Shown here in pieces: positions 1-18,329 of a stretch of 64,000 nucleotides of DNA. The notes below the pieces were generated by a model. That model saw nothing but the letters and a program-made list of their open reading frames with translations. It was not told the DNA's origin and searched no databases. Where the stretch lies: the NCBI RefSeq assembly GCF_009914755.1, contig NC_060932.1; one strand, 5' to 3'. The number at the start of each line of letters is the position of its first letter. Position 1 is the stretch's first letter. The position numbers and the translations under genes are program-made. The DNA comes from the human T2T-CHM13v2.0 reference genome, Homo sapiens.

Positions 1-944
1 TGCAAAGCAAAACACTAGAGTCTCCTAATTAGTAATTTCTCTCATCACTGAATTATCTTCCAGAAACAGTTTGTGTATAAAACTATTAAGGGAATTTTTT
101 TTCTATTACTGGTAATGGTTCAAAAATAAAAAATGTATATCAAAATTACTTGTAGAGTGTTAAGAGTTCTATAGTTAATCACCTTTTCCTTAATGAAAAA
201 GAGCTTTTGTTAAATTTATTTATTGAGTTATCGCCTTTTAATTAGTTAAATGTGTGCTATTTATACATACATTTCAAGATAGAAGCTTTTCAAACAGATG
301 AGCGAAGCTTATGATATGTGTTTTTATTCAAGTAACTGCCTTTTGAAAAGTAATTTATTTCCTATTTTCTTCCATTTATCTTAGCATTCTAATTAACATA
401 TATTTTAAAATTTAGAAAATGTTTAGACATAAGACCACCAATCATAAAACATTTCATAGAACTCTTTAAATAACATATATTTTAGGTGAGATTTTAAAAA
501 TACTTACAATGATAAATTAATGGCAATAATATAAACTAAAATAATCCTAATCAGAACACACAGATTGAAACAACTGAGTTAAAGGTCTAATTTTCTTCTG
601 TGATGGCGACCTCATCGCTTTGTAAAATACACGATGCCCATTCAAAGTTAATGTGATATTTTAAGAAAGAAAAAATAATGAAATTAGGGTCCGTGCCTGT
701 GTATATCTGTGCAGGCTAGGACCTCAAGTTTTAGAAGCTCCACAGACCCGCCTTGACTTTGCAATAACAACCAGGGCTTTCCTTGGCTCTGACGTGTAAG
801 TACAGAGTAATAATAGCTCCCCCTCAGGGTTTTAATTAGAGCCAATATACACAATTTTTTTTTTTTTAAATCTAAAGCACTATGTGGGCAGAAACTGTTG
901 TAAGGACTAGGGATGATTACAACACATGCCTACCTTTTCATAAC

Positions 945-1446
945 TGTTAGGGACCAACCGCCCCAAAAAGCTTCTCGGTACTGCCGACACTCCCCCCAAA
1001 CCCCTCTGTACTGCCCACCTCTCCCCTTAATGCCCTGCAACTCTTCTCCGTGCCGTTCACCCTTCCCCCAAGCCTCTTTACATTTCTAAGCCTTATCCAA
1101 GCGCTGCAGTGAAGCCAGCAGACTTCACTCATCAGACCTTACTACAATAAGCAAACCGCAATTACAAACCATCCAGACCACACAGAGGGAGGTCGTGGGA
1201 AGCATAAATAAACTTTACCTACACCCTCCTGTAAGTTCCTTCATCTAGCTACTGCCATAAACGTCACAAGATAATATATGGCAAAGTTAACCAACAAACA
1301 ACCCCAGGGTCCCTCTCCCCCATATAAACCCCTCATTTTGTAAGCTCAGGGCTGCCTCTTCTGTCTGTGGTGGAGCAGATGGCAGGTTCAATAAACTTAT
1401 TCACCTGACTTTGGGTCTATTCATCCTTCTCTAGGCTGACCTTATA
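945..1446 (+). mobile_element. Solo ERV1-class LTR (LTR21/MER48-like; family tentative)
   Basis: TG start and ...CCTTATA end; TATA-like CATATAAA at ~1321; AATAAA at ~1390; near-identical 5-bp flanks ATAAC/CTAAC. Confidence 0.7.
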
Positions 1447-1995
1447 CTAACAAAAAAATGCTACCAGAGGGCGTTTCATTTTGTGGGATTACACTTGAAA
1501 AACAGTTAGCCAATCTCTCTACCCTGCATTTTTATGAGGACTGAGATTTTATAACTGCAGCTATAGTTATCAGTTGACATTGGAACTTCAGGCCATCTGG
1601 AAGTAAGAAACCTTTACTGAGTTGCTAAAATCCACCTGAAAACCTATTCGCACATCCTGGGGTTTGACAGCAGTGCAATGATCTAACCCAGAAGCAGCAT
1701 TTTAAGCATAGCCATTCTTATTCCTTTCATATTTGAAATGCTGATTTTGTTTCTTAGGAAAGACAAAATGAAAATATAAACAACTTGTTATATAATTCCC
1801 ACTAGTTTACAGAGGACTCTCAGTTTCTACAATTCTCTCCAACCAAAGAGGTAGGAGATAATTTGTAGAGAATTTGTACCATTTTTCATTTGTATCATTT
1901 ATCATTTGTATCATTTTTCTTAAAATACTTAGCAATACTTTTTTCAGTCATACATATTGTTTTCAAAATTCATGTGGGGTTTTTTGGTGTTTTGA

Positions 1996-2295
<300 letters not shown>

Positions 2296-3376
2296 TAAGA
2301 AGCATTTGGAGGTGTTTACCCATGAGCGAAAGTGATTTGTTTTCTTGTGTTTCTTCTGCTCTTTCATATGGAACCACTCCTTCTCCTCAGTGTTATAAAC
2401 TGTTGCTTAGAGCAATACTCAGTTGGAGTGGGAGAGCTGAAAGGGACCGCAGTGCGGTCCTATAGCCGAGATGTTTATTTCTTAGCAGCAATCACACATT
2501 AGAAAACAACTGTGTCTCCACTTGGGAATCTGGGAAACCTCTCACCATAGGGGAGCACCTGTCAAAAACACACGTGAAAGCTTGCCTCTCTCAGACATCA
2601 CCTGCGCCTCGAGTTATGATCCTTCTGCACAATGTTAGTGCCCCAGATTGTTTTTAAAGAAAAATAAAATGTGAGGCTTAAAACCCAAAGCATCTTATTC
2701 AACGCATCTCATAGGCCTTCAGCAAAACTAATAGCAGATGAGGATTAGTACTCTAGGATTAATAGCATAAATTGGGATTTATGAGTAACTAAGATTATTC
2801 TTAAAAGCACCTATAGGTATGACAGAATTGGAGAAGGTGAGCCCTCTGTGAACTAGGGAAAAGGCTGCCCCAGAGCCCTTGTGATGCCTGCTATTATCCA
2901 GCACATATAGAAGGAAGCTGGAGCTGGGCAGCGGCGGTTTTTATGTCGCCTCCATCTGCTGCTTTCGAATGATCATTATCAGAAGGTCACTGAATCTCCT
3001 TAATGTTCACTGAATACGTATGGTGTTTTTTTTTTTTTTCTAAAGAAATGAATATTCTAAAAACTATTGAAGGATCCCCCAAGGTCCACAGGATGAAGAA
3101 ACCTGACGTTGAAGACCTTTAAAGTCAGGTCCTAGTCTAGCTTTCCAGCCTGATTTAATTTACCACCTCTTCCCCAAAAACACCCTGAGAGCAAGCAGTA
3201 GGAAGCCATCTCCTCCTTTTTCCTCAACGCCACACCCTCCTTTGTGTTTCCAAACCTTTGTTATTAATTCTCTTCACTTTTTGAAATGCCTCTCTTTCCT
3301 TAACAGGAGAAAAGCCACTTCTGTGATGTCTCTTACTCAGGTTTTTCTACATTACGATGAGTGTCTAGCACAGTAA

Positions 3377-4080
<704 letters not shown>

Positions 4081-4512
4081 TGACATTTGAAGAAGACAGA
4101 CTAATAGCTAACGTAATTTTTCTGAAGAATTTATTGGGAGATGGGCCCCCACTTGAGCACAATCGAATCAATCAAATAGTAGAAAAGTACTTAAAGAAAG
4201 ATGATAATTAAGTGATTCAGTGATTAAGGATTTGGTAAAAGACATCTAGGGTCTTATTTCCTGTTTGTTTTCAAATGATGAGTTGTTTAGAGAATGACAG
4301 CTAAGATCACTCTCCAGTTGTTTTAAACAAATTGACTCGTGACTTGAAAGAGAAGAGAACTAGGTTATCCTGTTCGCCTCCTGAGGTGTGGAGTGGGGCT
4401 TGGGAAACTTCAGCGTGAGTAAAAGTCGGCAAATTTTGTCTGCAGAATGCTCCCTGTAACTGTCTGTGACAAATGAGGAAATTTAGAGAATAACGCTCAT
4501 GTTGTGTTGATT

Positions 4513-5621
4513 TAGACATGCGCCACTTAAAGATGGGGACAGGCTGGGAGAAATGCATCTTTAGGGGATCATGTCATCATGCAAAGATAACAGCATGCAC
4601 TTCTGAGGGAGGCCACTCTCACCAATGCAGGCCTCCATAACAACTGTTTCCATACTAACGGAGTGTTTCAGTTACATATTAAAAGCTGAAAGAGCCAGCG
4701 CCTTTATACAAAGCCTGGAACGGAGTGTTTCCGTTAAATATTAAAAGCTGTAAGAGCCAGCGCCTTTATACAAAGCCTGGAAGGTAACAAAGAGTTTTCC
4801 CTAGGCTTCTCCTGGGCCTTGAAGCATGACAAGGTAACAAAAGAATTCTTAACAGGAGGACCCTTTTAGAATTCAACGAGTTTTATTAGCGGTCTGAAGA
4901 AACTCCCCAGGCCTCCACAAACAAGTTTATTGGGGTCTAAAGGAGCTCCCCAAACCTTTGTGATTTAGCGGGAGACAAAACAAGACTAATCACCCCAGCA
5001 CCTGGACCCATTTAGATTCAGTAAACTTACTGAGGCTCCAGAGGAAGGTCTTCAGCACTCAGACCTTAGCTGTAGATTTTAAAAAGTTAATCACTTATGT
5101 CTTTAAATAAATACACACTTACACATAGACATATAGCTAAGGAGGTACATAAGCTCTAAAAAACTTTGTAATTTTGAGTTGGTCTGGCGATAATTTCCAG
5201 GCCTTCTCCCTGTAACCAGTTATAGAAATAAAAACTCTCTTCCTCCTCAGTTTATCTGCATCTCGTTATTGGGACATGAAAAATAGCAGCCCCACCCTCA
5301 GTTTGGTCCAGGAACACTTAAACACACCCAGATGGTACAGCCTGCTACACAATTAAGCCATATGGTGTAGCCTATTGCTCCCAAACCACACACCTGCACA
5401 GTATGAGACTGTACTGAAGACTGTAGGCAACTGGAACACAAGGGTAAGCATTCTCACATCTGAACTCATCTCAACATGGAAAAGGTAATGCGTGGCCCCG
5501 TAGTACTGCAACTGCTAGACGTCACTCGGTGGTGGGAATTTTCAGCTTCATTATAATCTTACAGGACCACATTTATCTACACGGTCTGTCACGGTTCAAA
5601 ACGTCATGCAGTGCGTGATTA
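4513..5621 (+). mobile_element. Tigger3/Golem (MER7-type) DNA transposon relic, split by an LTR
   Basis: CATGCGCCACTTAAAGATGGGGA start, TAGCCTATTGCTCC core and ATTATAATCTTACAGGACCAC...AAACGTCATGCAGTGCGTGA end resemble the recalled Tigger3 consensus. Confidence 0.75.
4604..5316 (+). mobile_element. Solo ERV1-class LTR (LTR15-like, tentative) nested in Tigger3
   Basis: TG...GGAACA termini; AATAAA at ~5227; 4-bp flanks CTTC/CTTA; the host element resumes right after it. Confidence 0.7.
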
Positions 5622-5665
5622 TTCTCTGCTCTTGGCTTGTCATGAATTAAACGTCATTTAAATAA

Positions 5666-6008
<343 letters not shown>

Positions 6009-6660
6009 AAAATTCCCTGTTTTTAGAGCAGCACATTTGATACATACGTATGCCTTTCTTCTCTTCTCAGCTAAGATCACCTTTAGTTAAAGTCTTCTAT
6101 TCTGAGAAACTTGAGGCTTTGTTTGTTGGGATTAAAATGTACCTTAAAAATGTGAAGGTTTGCCTGGGTTCATTTCCATATAGAATGGCAGAAGATGAAC
6201 ACTTTTTATATCCCCCCACCTTGAGGAAAGAATCCATAAATAGACCATTGTTGCTCCTGGAAGATGGCACAGACGTTGGCTTTCTTCTAAGAAGACAGTG
6301 ACTTGGATCTCCTGACTTTGCACCCAATGCAATCCCCACTTCTAAGTAAGGCAACCTAGAGGCACAGATTTTGATGACTTCCACAGCCTACGGTCTGCTT
6401 AGCGTTTAAACAGACGAGCAGGCCAAGGGTCTGGCCCTCTGCTCAGGTAGCGGTTTCCTGTAATCAATAGTTCTCATGTAGATACAACTTCAATGTTAAT
6501 ATTTTTTCAAAAAAAAAATCTAAGTTATTATGGATATCTGATAATAATTCATTCCAAAATGTATGCCAATTTTTCTTCAGATGTAGAAGACTGTTTCTCT
6601 CTTTCAGGGTGCCTGGAATCCTGCCTCATTCCAGAATGAGAATGCACAAAGTTATCAGAC

Positions 6661-6972
<312 letters not shown>

Positions 6973-8070
6973 AGTTATCAGACCTTTGAAGAGGATCCAT
7001 GCACAGGTGTGAGCATCTGCAAAACCACTGCGAAGTCGATACTTTTGCAAAGAAAACTTCCATTTACAGGGAAGGCAGTTAACATTATAAAACACTCAAA
7101 AAGATAAATTCATTTAATACTCGGTGAGTCTTTACAACAATCTCAAAAATAAAGCGGATAAATCATCCTCTGTGTGCACAGTGCAGGGAAGAGTGACTTG
7201 CTCAAAGCTGCCTGATGGGGTGACTCTGGCTCCGCGTCCTGTCTTCCTAAATCGTGGGCCCTTATAGCTGTGTCACTCACCCTAAGGAATGACAATAGTT
7301 GGATTCCTTGAAAGAGCCACAATGCTCAAAAGCACTACATCTGCACTTCACTATGATTTTGAAGTCATAAAAACTATTCTAATTAGGAAAGCTTTTGGAT
7401 AGGTGAACTAATGATGTTTCGACTTACTTGAGCATTTGAGCTTATGTAAAGTTTTTCAAGTCTTTTTCATTCAATGATACTTGAAAGTGGTGTCTATTAA
7501 TATTTTAAAAGTAATCTACTTGTCTTCTAATAGATTAAATCAACAGATTCAGCCTCAGTATCTTGTTCTATTATTGTATATTGTCTATACTCTTGCACAT
7601 GGTCTACATATGTTAAACATATGTGAGAAAAACTTGAGATGTGCATGTTTCATTTTTTATAAATTTACATCAAAATATTAAACACCAGCTAATTATATGC
7701 ATGCTGAGGTATTTATAGCAAAACGAAATGATATTCAAAATTTGCCTTGAAATGCATCAAAAATATAGCGTAGCTTAATAAATGGCTAGAAAGATAACAG
7801 ATAGGCATGTGATAAACGAAATACTTTGTAAGTTTTCATAGCGGAAGCTAGGTGGTATATATTCAGGTGTTACATTATTCAGGTATTAAAATTATTTCAA
7901 CTTTGCCATGTTTGAACATTTACATGATAAATTGCTGTGAGAAACATGATTTCTTATTTGATATGGCCTTGGTTTATTTTCTAGGACTAGATAAAAGAAA
8001 AAGCATCATTAGATATTTCTGTTAGCATGTTAGTTTCATTGCAATGGGATCAGAGCACAGATTAAGTGCA

Positions 8071-8689
<619 letters not shown>

Positions 8690-9692
8690 TTAAATGAATT
8701 AAATCAACTTGCAAATCTTTTTAGAAACTATGTCTGTATTTATTTTTAGTCTTTTAAAAATAATACCGTTTTAAGTTCTTAATTTATAAAAATGCTCTAT
8801 TAAGCTTAGCCGATATTAGTACTGAAATGATGTGGCAGCTTTTCTTCCTTGACTGAGGCATCCGTGTTGGTTTCCCTTCCCCAGTGATTGCTGACGAAAA
8901 GAAAAAAAAAGTAAAGTAGAAGCTATGGTTTAAGCAAGACTGTAAAATCGAATGGCTTTACAGCATCCACAGAGACTCATCTCTGACCTTGGTACTTAGC
9001 ACAATGTTCCAATTAACTAAGCCAGGGTGAGGACAGCAGAAATTGGGTCACGTAGTTTGACCAGTGGTCTGAAACACAGGGCAGAGTTTTATAACTGGGG
9101 CTGAAAAATCCTGGGTTGCAATAACTATACTATAAACATATGCCATCACTGCTTTCTCAGTATGACCAGAAGAGTATTGAATAAATTAGATCATTAATGT
9201 AAAAAGATACAGCAGAAATCCTAAATATCATCACTAAATATTTTCTCTTATTATATCCCAGTTTCAATGAAATGTCACTGTTATGTAATCATCCTTTCAG
9301 CCGCAAATGATTCAGATTTTTCTCAAGTGCATGAATGTGTCCCCCTAACTGAAAGCAAATATCTGCCCAAGTCTGTCTCTGAATACTTTATTAAAAACTA
9401 TGAACTACCAAATGTTGTAGAGGAAAAAAATGTTCAAACTGACATCAAAATTCAAATGGCAAAACAAAAAAAAATCATGGTAATGAAGAGGGACAGACAT
9501 TTTCTATTTGATACATGACCTCCGTATAAGTTCTCAGCAATACTTTAAGGATAGTTTGTTCTTTGTTTCTGTTTTTGTTTTTGTTTCTCTGACAAATTAC
9601 TCATTAACTTGTCTGAGTAATGATTACAATGAGAAGTGGGTGTAAAAAAATGTCGTGCTGAGTTCATGGTATTGTAATGAAGAAAGTATTAC

Positions 9693-9773
9693 CTATCTCG
9701 AAATCATCATCCTCAGTAAGCATTTCTGCCTGTGGAACCGCTGGGGGAGGTTGACATTTCTTGAGCTGAAATG
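9693..9773 (-). CDS. CSMD1: CSMD1 coding exon (81 nt, phase 1-1), N-terminal part of a Sushi domain: AFQLKKCQPPPAVPQAEMLTEDDDFEI
   Basis: Acceptor catttAG|CA, donor ATAG|GTaat; in frame with both neighbours. Confidence 0.95.
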   Translation of the reverse strand, partial: HFSSRNVNLPQRFHRQKCLLRMMISR

Positions 9774-10577
9774 CTAAATGATTAATGGAAAGAATAATAA
9801 TAATTGCAATTACACTTGCTGAATAAACACAACTATTACAAAACATTCATCTTGCAGTTGTTATAATGCTTAAGTACACGGACTGAAATGTCTCTATTCC
9901 TGAATCATAGCTTTATAAAATTCCCAAGCTTCAAATGTTCATATTATTATTTAGTGCCAAAAAACAGTTAAAGCCCAAGGAAAAAAGTGTACAATTATTT
10001 TTTAAAGTATACCATTTAAATAAACACACTTTACAGATGTTTGGAATTCTGCAAGAATGACTCAACAGTCACAACCTGGCTCCCTGTCCATGTGCAGATT
10101 TGATAACGTCTGCCCTGTCCCGTGTCCTGAGGAATTCTGTAGGTGGCAGTGTTCGTGAGAGATAAGCGATTGATTGACAGATGTTCTACATATCGTTTAG
10201 AGTGCATTCCCAGGATTATTGGAGGTTTGCTTTCACACCATTTATAGTTACATGACATTTGCTATAACACCTTATCTTGAGACAGGGATGAGTAAATCTA
10301 TAAAAGGTACCAAATCTCTTTCAATGGTCTTCATCTTAGAGTTTCACTTAGGATACATGTATCTTGGAATAAATCCAAGCTGGATACGATGTGAAATAAT
10401 AAAGACATCATTAAACAAAAAAAGGACCACAGGAAACGCTGGCCTCCAGTGCAAAAGAATCATACACGCCCTCGGCTGAATCAAGAAACTTCAGCTGGAA
10501 ACAAGGCGTGGGACAACACTGCAGTAAACACCACATGGAATTCTCAGTCTTAACTAACGGAGTGAAAATCAACTGAC

Positions 10578-10723
10578 CGTGGAAATTGAGGACAAAGAAG
10601 CCTCCATTTGAAAAGTCGCTGTGGAACTTGAGCAGGACTTGGTTGGTGGAGCTATACGCCGTTTCGAGGGCTGTGTTGCCACTGAAAACTCCCAGCTGGG
10701 GTGAGTTCTGATCGGGACCGTCC
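10578..10723 (-). CDS. CSMD1: CSMD1 coding exon (146 nt, phase 2-1), C-terminal part of a CUB domain: DGPDQNSPQLGVFSGNTALETAYSSTNQVLLKFHSDFSNGGFFVLNFH
   Basis: Acceptor ctttcctAG|G, donor CACG|GTcag; completes the TG|G Trp codon; not in the ORF track. Confidence 0.96.
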
Positions 10724-10959
10724 CTAGGAAAGACAGAAAGAGGTGGCTGGCTAAGGATATTTACTTCTGAGTGAGATTTACGGAAACTTTGGCTAATGAA
10801 TTAATTTTTTTAATAAAAGCAATAAAACATATGCATTCTCAGGATACTGTGTTTGTAAACATCAAGATGTTGAATGTCCACAAAGTTGAGGAACCCTCCA
10901 GTCTCTGTCTTTCATTAATGTTCCACAGGCGCTCGGCACTTGTCAAATGTCAACACTCA

Positions 10960-11310
<351 letters not shown>

Positions 11311-11705
11311 TTAATCTATGGGGCATGGCCAACCACAGAATGCTGTTTTGTTTTGGTTTTAAAACGGCAGTTTCATTGTGGTCAACCTAATATTTCAAAT
11401 TCTGTTTCTCCTCACTCTCACATCCACTGACTCTGGTCGTTGTCATCTTAGATGTCTGATTTACTTCCACAACCTCAAAGCCAGTCTCCTTTCTTGCCCT
11501 CTGCTACTTTATTTCCCACAAAATGAGCCCGTCATTCTGCAGCCCATATCTGGCCTTGGAGCTCTGCCTGTCAGAGCCCAGGTGCATCCTCACTGCCCCA
11601 AGAACAAAGCCCAAGGCCTTCACATGCATTTCCAGGTCCTGCCTTACTTGCCCTGGCTGCTGGCTTCTGCTCCTGCTCCCCCTGTGGGCTCCAACAAGAG
11701 TGCAG

Positions 11706-11925
11706 CCACACCACACACAACACGCACACACACACACAACATACACAACACACACACAGACACCACACACACAAACACACACGTAAGCCACACAGACATA
11801 CACAAGCCACACACACCACACAGACACACCCACAGAGACACACATCACACACACATACCCAACCCAACCCACACCCACAAACACACATCCAATACATACA
11901 CACACAGATGCAGACACACAGACAT
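11706..11925. repeat. Degenerate (CA)n tract (UG-rich in the CSMD1 pre-mRNA)
   Basis: ~220 bp of interrupted CA repeats. Confidence 0.95.
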
Positions 11926-12083
11926 AATTCTGCCTATTTCTACCATGTAGCAAAACCCACATGTACTATGTGAAATTGATTCCCTATATCTCTGGATTTC
12001 GTTGGTGAATTTCTTCTCTAGTATCTAAGAAGTTTATTCTAAATATGTGCCTTGTATATAAGTGGCATATGTATGCTAAGTCA

Positions 12084-12353
<270 letters not shown>

Positions 12354-13525
12354 TTAGAGAGTAGAAAGCTAAATATTTGACTCCAAAGTACCTTAGCCAA
12401 CATTTTTCCTGATGGGAAATAGGTGTGAAATATTTCTGAATCACCATTTTGTCAAAATTACTGCCCTAAAATCTGAAGACCTTAGAAGAATTATACGTCT
12501 AAGCTAAATTATCTCAGTTTTATTTAATATATTCTCCATATCTTCAAAATCCCTTTAGGATAAATTTATTCTTCTATGCCTCAAATAAAATCCTTAGTTA
12601 ACACTTGTGACCTGCTGATAACCCATCTGAGTGTCCAGCACAATGAATTATGGGGAAAGTATTCATAAATATGTAACTGCTTTTTCTAACTCACACTGCT
12701 AGACCCTATTTATAAGCCATCTGAAAGAGTGTCATCTAAGTCTATTTGCCTTAAAACAAAGACATTATCAATTCTTTACAGATCTATACCTGAAGAAGTA
12801 AGATAATGCAATGTAAGATTATGTAAGTGGTGTTTTGCGGAAGCATTTCCAGTTTTTACTAGTGTTCAATGACTTGAAGAACTAAAACAATACCCAATTT
12901 ATTTTCATTTTTGTTAAGAAATTTATATTTATTATTTTAATGGCAATTATTTTATTTATGGAAAATGACATGTCCAAACACTAATGGAATAACCTGAAAT
13001 ATAGTCTTTAATTTAAATATTCATATAGTGCATCAAAGTCATAAAACTTTGAACTCTGAAATCAAACCAACAGCTAAGAGGTGTGAGATGAGTGTTCACA
13101 ACTCTCTTGAACCTCGAAGGGCTGTCAAAGATTTGCCACAAATGGTATAGAATTCAGGTAGAGGAAAAAGGCCCAAATACACAAACAGATAAACAAAAAG
13201 AAAAGTTTAGTAACAAATGAGAATATACCGTGAGGCGGGATATGATACACTGTTGAACTGCACAGATGTGTATTGATTTGAAAAGAACATTGGATTGAAC
13301 CTGGCTGGAGATTTGGATCTTTTCATCAGAAGAAGGGACTGTAATGTAGAGACTACTTTAGAAGTTTTACTGCGTAATTATTACTAAGTGAGGTTTGGAG
13401 TCAGACAAACCTGGATTTGTAAGCTGGAGAAGCAAATTATCCCTGGGAGCCTCCACTTCTATAAATTCTATGAGGTCAGGGTCTGCGATACTCCTGAAGC
13501 TTGTCATCTGTAAAATGGGACCATA

Positions 13526-13972
<447 letters not shown>

Positions 13973-14554
13973 TCAACTCCTTGTCACCGCTTCCTTAAGG
14001 TCTTTCCTGCTTGCTCCGGCTCTAGAGGTCCAGGCTCTGCTCACAGAGCACACGGCTCCCACGAGACTGTCAGCCTCTAGCAGACAGGGTGTGCATCTCC
14101 TCCCACCCCAGCTGCTACCTCCTTTCAAGAGTCCCTACTGTCTAGCTCAGGTCATGATAAACAAATTGATAAATTGGTGAATTAGAGAATAACCAGAGAG
14201 CACTTTAAGAGTGAACTCATGAAACCAATTAGGCTGAAACCCTTTACAGGTGACTCCGTGCTAGTAATTTAGTGTGGACTTACAATGCTAAGGTTTCCCT
14301 TTTGCATTTCTGCTTTTCTAGTTGAATCTTGTAGTTACATAACCACATTATATATAGTAGCACCCTTCCTGTTGGGAAAACAAAACAAAAAGCCATCGTT
14401 CCCACCTCTTAAAGGGCAAAAGAAATGAGGTGGTGATTTTCTTGGTAGAACACATTCCTGATTCCAATATTATTTATGCCACTGAATACCTCTATAACAT
14501 TGAGCAAGTCAGTGATTCTTGCCATGATTTATCTATCAAATTCAAATAACAAAT

Positions 14555-14760
14555 CTTTTCACTCACTCATTCAACAAGTATCTACTGAGAGTGGGTTATG
14601 TACCAGTAAGGGTGCCTGGGATGGAGATGCCATAGTGAACCGTAGAGACCCTGTTGCTGCCTTTGTAAAAAGCTTATTGAATAGTGATGAAGAGAGATAT
14701 TAAGCAAACACTACAGAAGTTTAAAATTCAACGGGTGCAAGTGCTGTGAAGGAAAATAAC
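14555..14760 (-). mobile_element. L2 3' end fragment
   Basis: ACTCACTCATTCAACAAGTATCTACTGAG...TATGTACCAG, typical L2 tail. Confidence 0.55.
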
Positions 14761-15911
14761 AGACGCTCATCATCACATAAGATAACAATATTCTATCCAT
14801 AAGCACACAAAATTCTCTCAAAGCAAAATCCTGTTGCCCTCCCACTGGGTAGTCCAGAGATAGAAAAAAAGAGGACCCTAAGAAACTGGAGTCAAAATTT
14901 CCTCTCTCATTTCCCCTGGCCTGATCTTTATCTACTTCCAGACCGTCTTTATCCTCGCTGTAGTGGCATCAAAGGCACGTTTGCATTTCCCCAAGTGGTG
15001 GCGTCTCACTGAGCTCCGCAGAGACGGGGGCCTGTGATCTGCCACTGCAGGAAGTGTGCGTGTCTCGGCAGGAAGCGTATCCCCCCTGCCTTCCTTTCCC
15101 TGAAGGCGGGGTTCAAAGTGGAGTCTGGACTGAGATCAAAGAGGAAGCTCTGCGTGGAGCACAGCAGGTACCTCCCAGCTCCTCACCTGTCTGCCTGGGA
15201 GACACTGGTCCAAGCCGGACCAGGAAGACAGACAGCTGACCATGGCATCAGCAACTGAAAGGGATAGAGAGGCTACACTCCCTCCACTCTCAGGAGCCAT
15301 GGAGTAAAGAGACGCGCAGGCATTTCCGTGCTCATGAATACCCGGATGTTCACGTGGGAGAGAGCGTTGCTGGGCAAGACAGTGAAGGAGGGAATTGCTC
15401 AAGCTATTTGCTCATGTATTTTTCCAAGAATAAGCACATAAAGATAAGAAACCTACATATTTTGATCCGATTCTAGAGCTAGCACTCGCTGTGTTGAAAG
15501 TGATGGCGGTGATGTCTAACTTGAATGTCACGCCCAATGGGAAACATGCCCAGGTACCCTGGCGCCACTGGCTTCCCCCACAACGCCACTCTCTATCATT
15601 GCCTCAAATACCACGGAGGCTTCCCTTCGTTCATTGACATCCCTGAGAAGTGGGAAGGGGGTACTTCTGGTGATTCACACACACAAAAGTTATGGGTATA
15701 TGTGACTGACTCCTGCTCAGGTGTGAAGCCACAGCTCGAAGATACCAGAAAATCAACTGGGGGGTTGGCACACCTTGGCACAGGAGGGCGGAGGTACAAG
15801 GAAACATCTCTTTATTGTGCTACCTTTTCCTCTCTTTATGCAATGTGACTTTCTGTGAAGAGAGATGGATAGGCATATTAAGTGATATTACATCAAATTA
15901 AAATTAAAACA

Positions 15912-16257
<346 letters not shown>

Positions 16258-17182
16258 TTAAAACCTTGAACGTTTGCTAAGAGACTTATCATTTATAGAT
16301 GGTTTTCTCTAGTATTATGTTAAGTTTTTTGCCTAAACAAGAATATGAAAGAAATTCCATATTAAAAAGCTAATAAATACACTTGGCATAAATATGAATA
16401 TAAAAATATAATAAATATGTTATAATATATATATTAATATAAAAATATCTTGACTCTCAATATATCGAAGATACTGAAAGTTTAATCTCCCCTAGTGTGT
16501 AGAGAACCAGAGTTATTCCTGCCATCATTTTTCTTCCTTCTGTTACTCTGGTTTCCTTAGAAGCATTTTCAGAGAAGAATCCAGAGCGCACTCTGTCTTG
16601 GAAATTGCCGGTTGGTAATGGAGATTTTAAAGACTGTATTTGTGAATGCAGGTAAGAAAAATAAGGAGACAGAGTTGCATTCTTTATAGTTATTTTTATT
16701 CTCTATTATTGGGAAAGATTATTTTCTGTATTTACCAATCAGCTTGGTAAACCTTAAATTTAAAAAATATGTATGTAATAATACATTGTTTAGCTGCTTG
16801 CATTTCTCATGTCAATTTTGCAATAAAATTGTTTTCTGCTTACAAAATCTGTCAAATTCAAAGAAGCTGTTAACATACCTATCACAACATATTATTTACA
16901 CTAATAATTATCTCTGTCTGTGCAATTCCCCACTCTACACATACTAATGCATTTAAGTCAAGTTTATTATGATAGTGTTTAAGATTTATTTAATGCCTAA
17001 AATTATATTTTTATGCATAAACATTTCAGTGTTAAATGATTAATTAGGTCAGCAAAATATTTTAAATTGTTGAACTATATTTGTAAGTGTGAATGCATAT
17101 TTAATTAGAAAATTACATTTAATAAGTTAATAAACCAAATTCTACTTAATCATATTTTAACAATTACAATCCCCCCCCCCCC

Positions 17183-17496
<314 letters not shown>

Positions 17497-18329
17497 TAAT
17501 TTTTTAACTGAGACTTCTGTGTAATTATGTTACTGACAGAAAAATAATGTCTTCAATTTCTCAGATAACTTTCAGAGACATATTCTTTCATTTGTTTACT
17601 TTCATAGATATCATAATTTCAGATCACAGTTTTTCAGATAAATTTATACTATATTAATTTCATAAAGTAGATTCTTATGCAGCTTAACATGTATTTTCAG
17701 TATATAAATACAAATTGATTTCATATATACTTGTGAAGACTGATGCCTTGGGATTTAGAATTATTTTATTAATTATCTAAACTGGCCAATTTTTAATAAA
17801 GACATCGAGAAGTTGTTTAAAGTATCTGTGTTTTTTCTGAAGTTCTTTTCAAGTCTACAGGGCTGGACCTTTGAAGATGGTTTTTCAGTACACTTGACCT
17901 ATATAGCAATCACTGACCTGAAATGATAAACCACTGTCAATTAATAAAATACATGTTACATGAAGATACTGGGTTGTCAGCAGTGTTTACCGCTGTCTCT
18001 GGGAAAGACTGAAGTGCCATATAACTGTAACTAATAGGCGTTTGAACAGCCTCCGCATTCTTATGAAGCAACGACTTTTTTAAGAAATATAAACTTTCAC
18101 AAGTAAAGCACCTTTTGCGTTAAATAACACCTTTTTTAATATGAAAAGGATATTAAACACACATTGGATGGTTCTTAGAAAATCCTTTATATAGGTCCTC
18201 TAATTGTTTTCAATATTTATGATAAACTTTTACATGAATCGTGCGTTTCGGTTTCTTTATTAGGTTTACGAGTACTGGTAAAAATAGAAATATAATAGTA
18301 AAAATGTTTGTTTAGTAAAGAACTTGGCA

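Noticed and set aside
6055-6082. GCTAAGATCA resembling the U2 snRNA 5' end
   Set aside because: Only ~10 nt match, with no extended similarity or TSD
11378-11962. Long ORFs (190, 152 and 110 aa) rich in His/Thr or Val/Cys
   Set aside because: Translation of the CA/TG low-complexity tract
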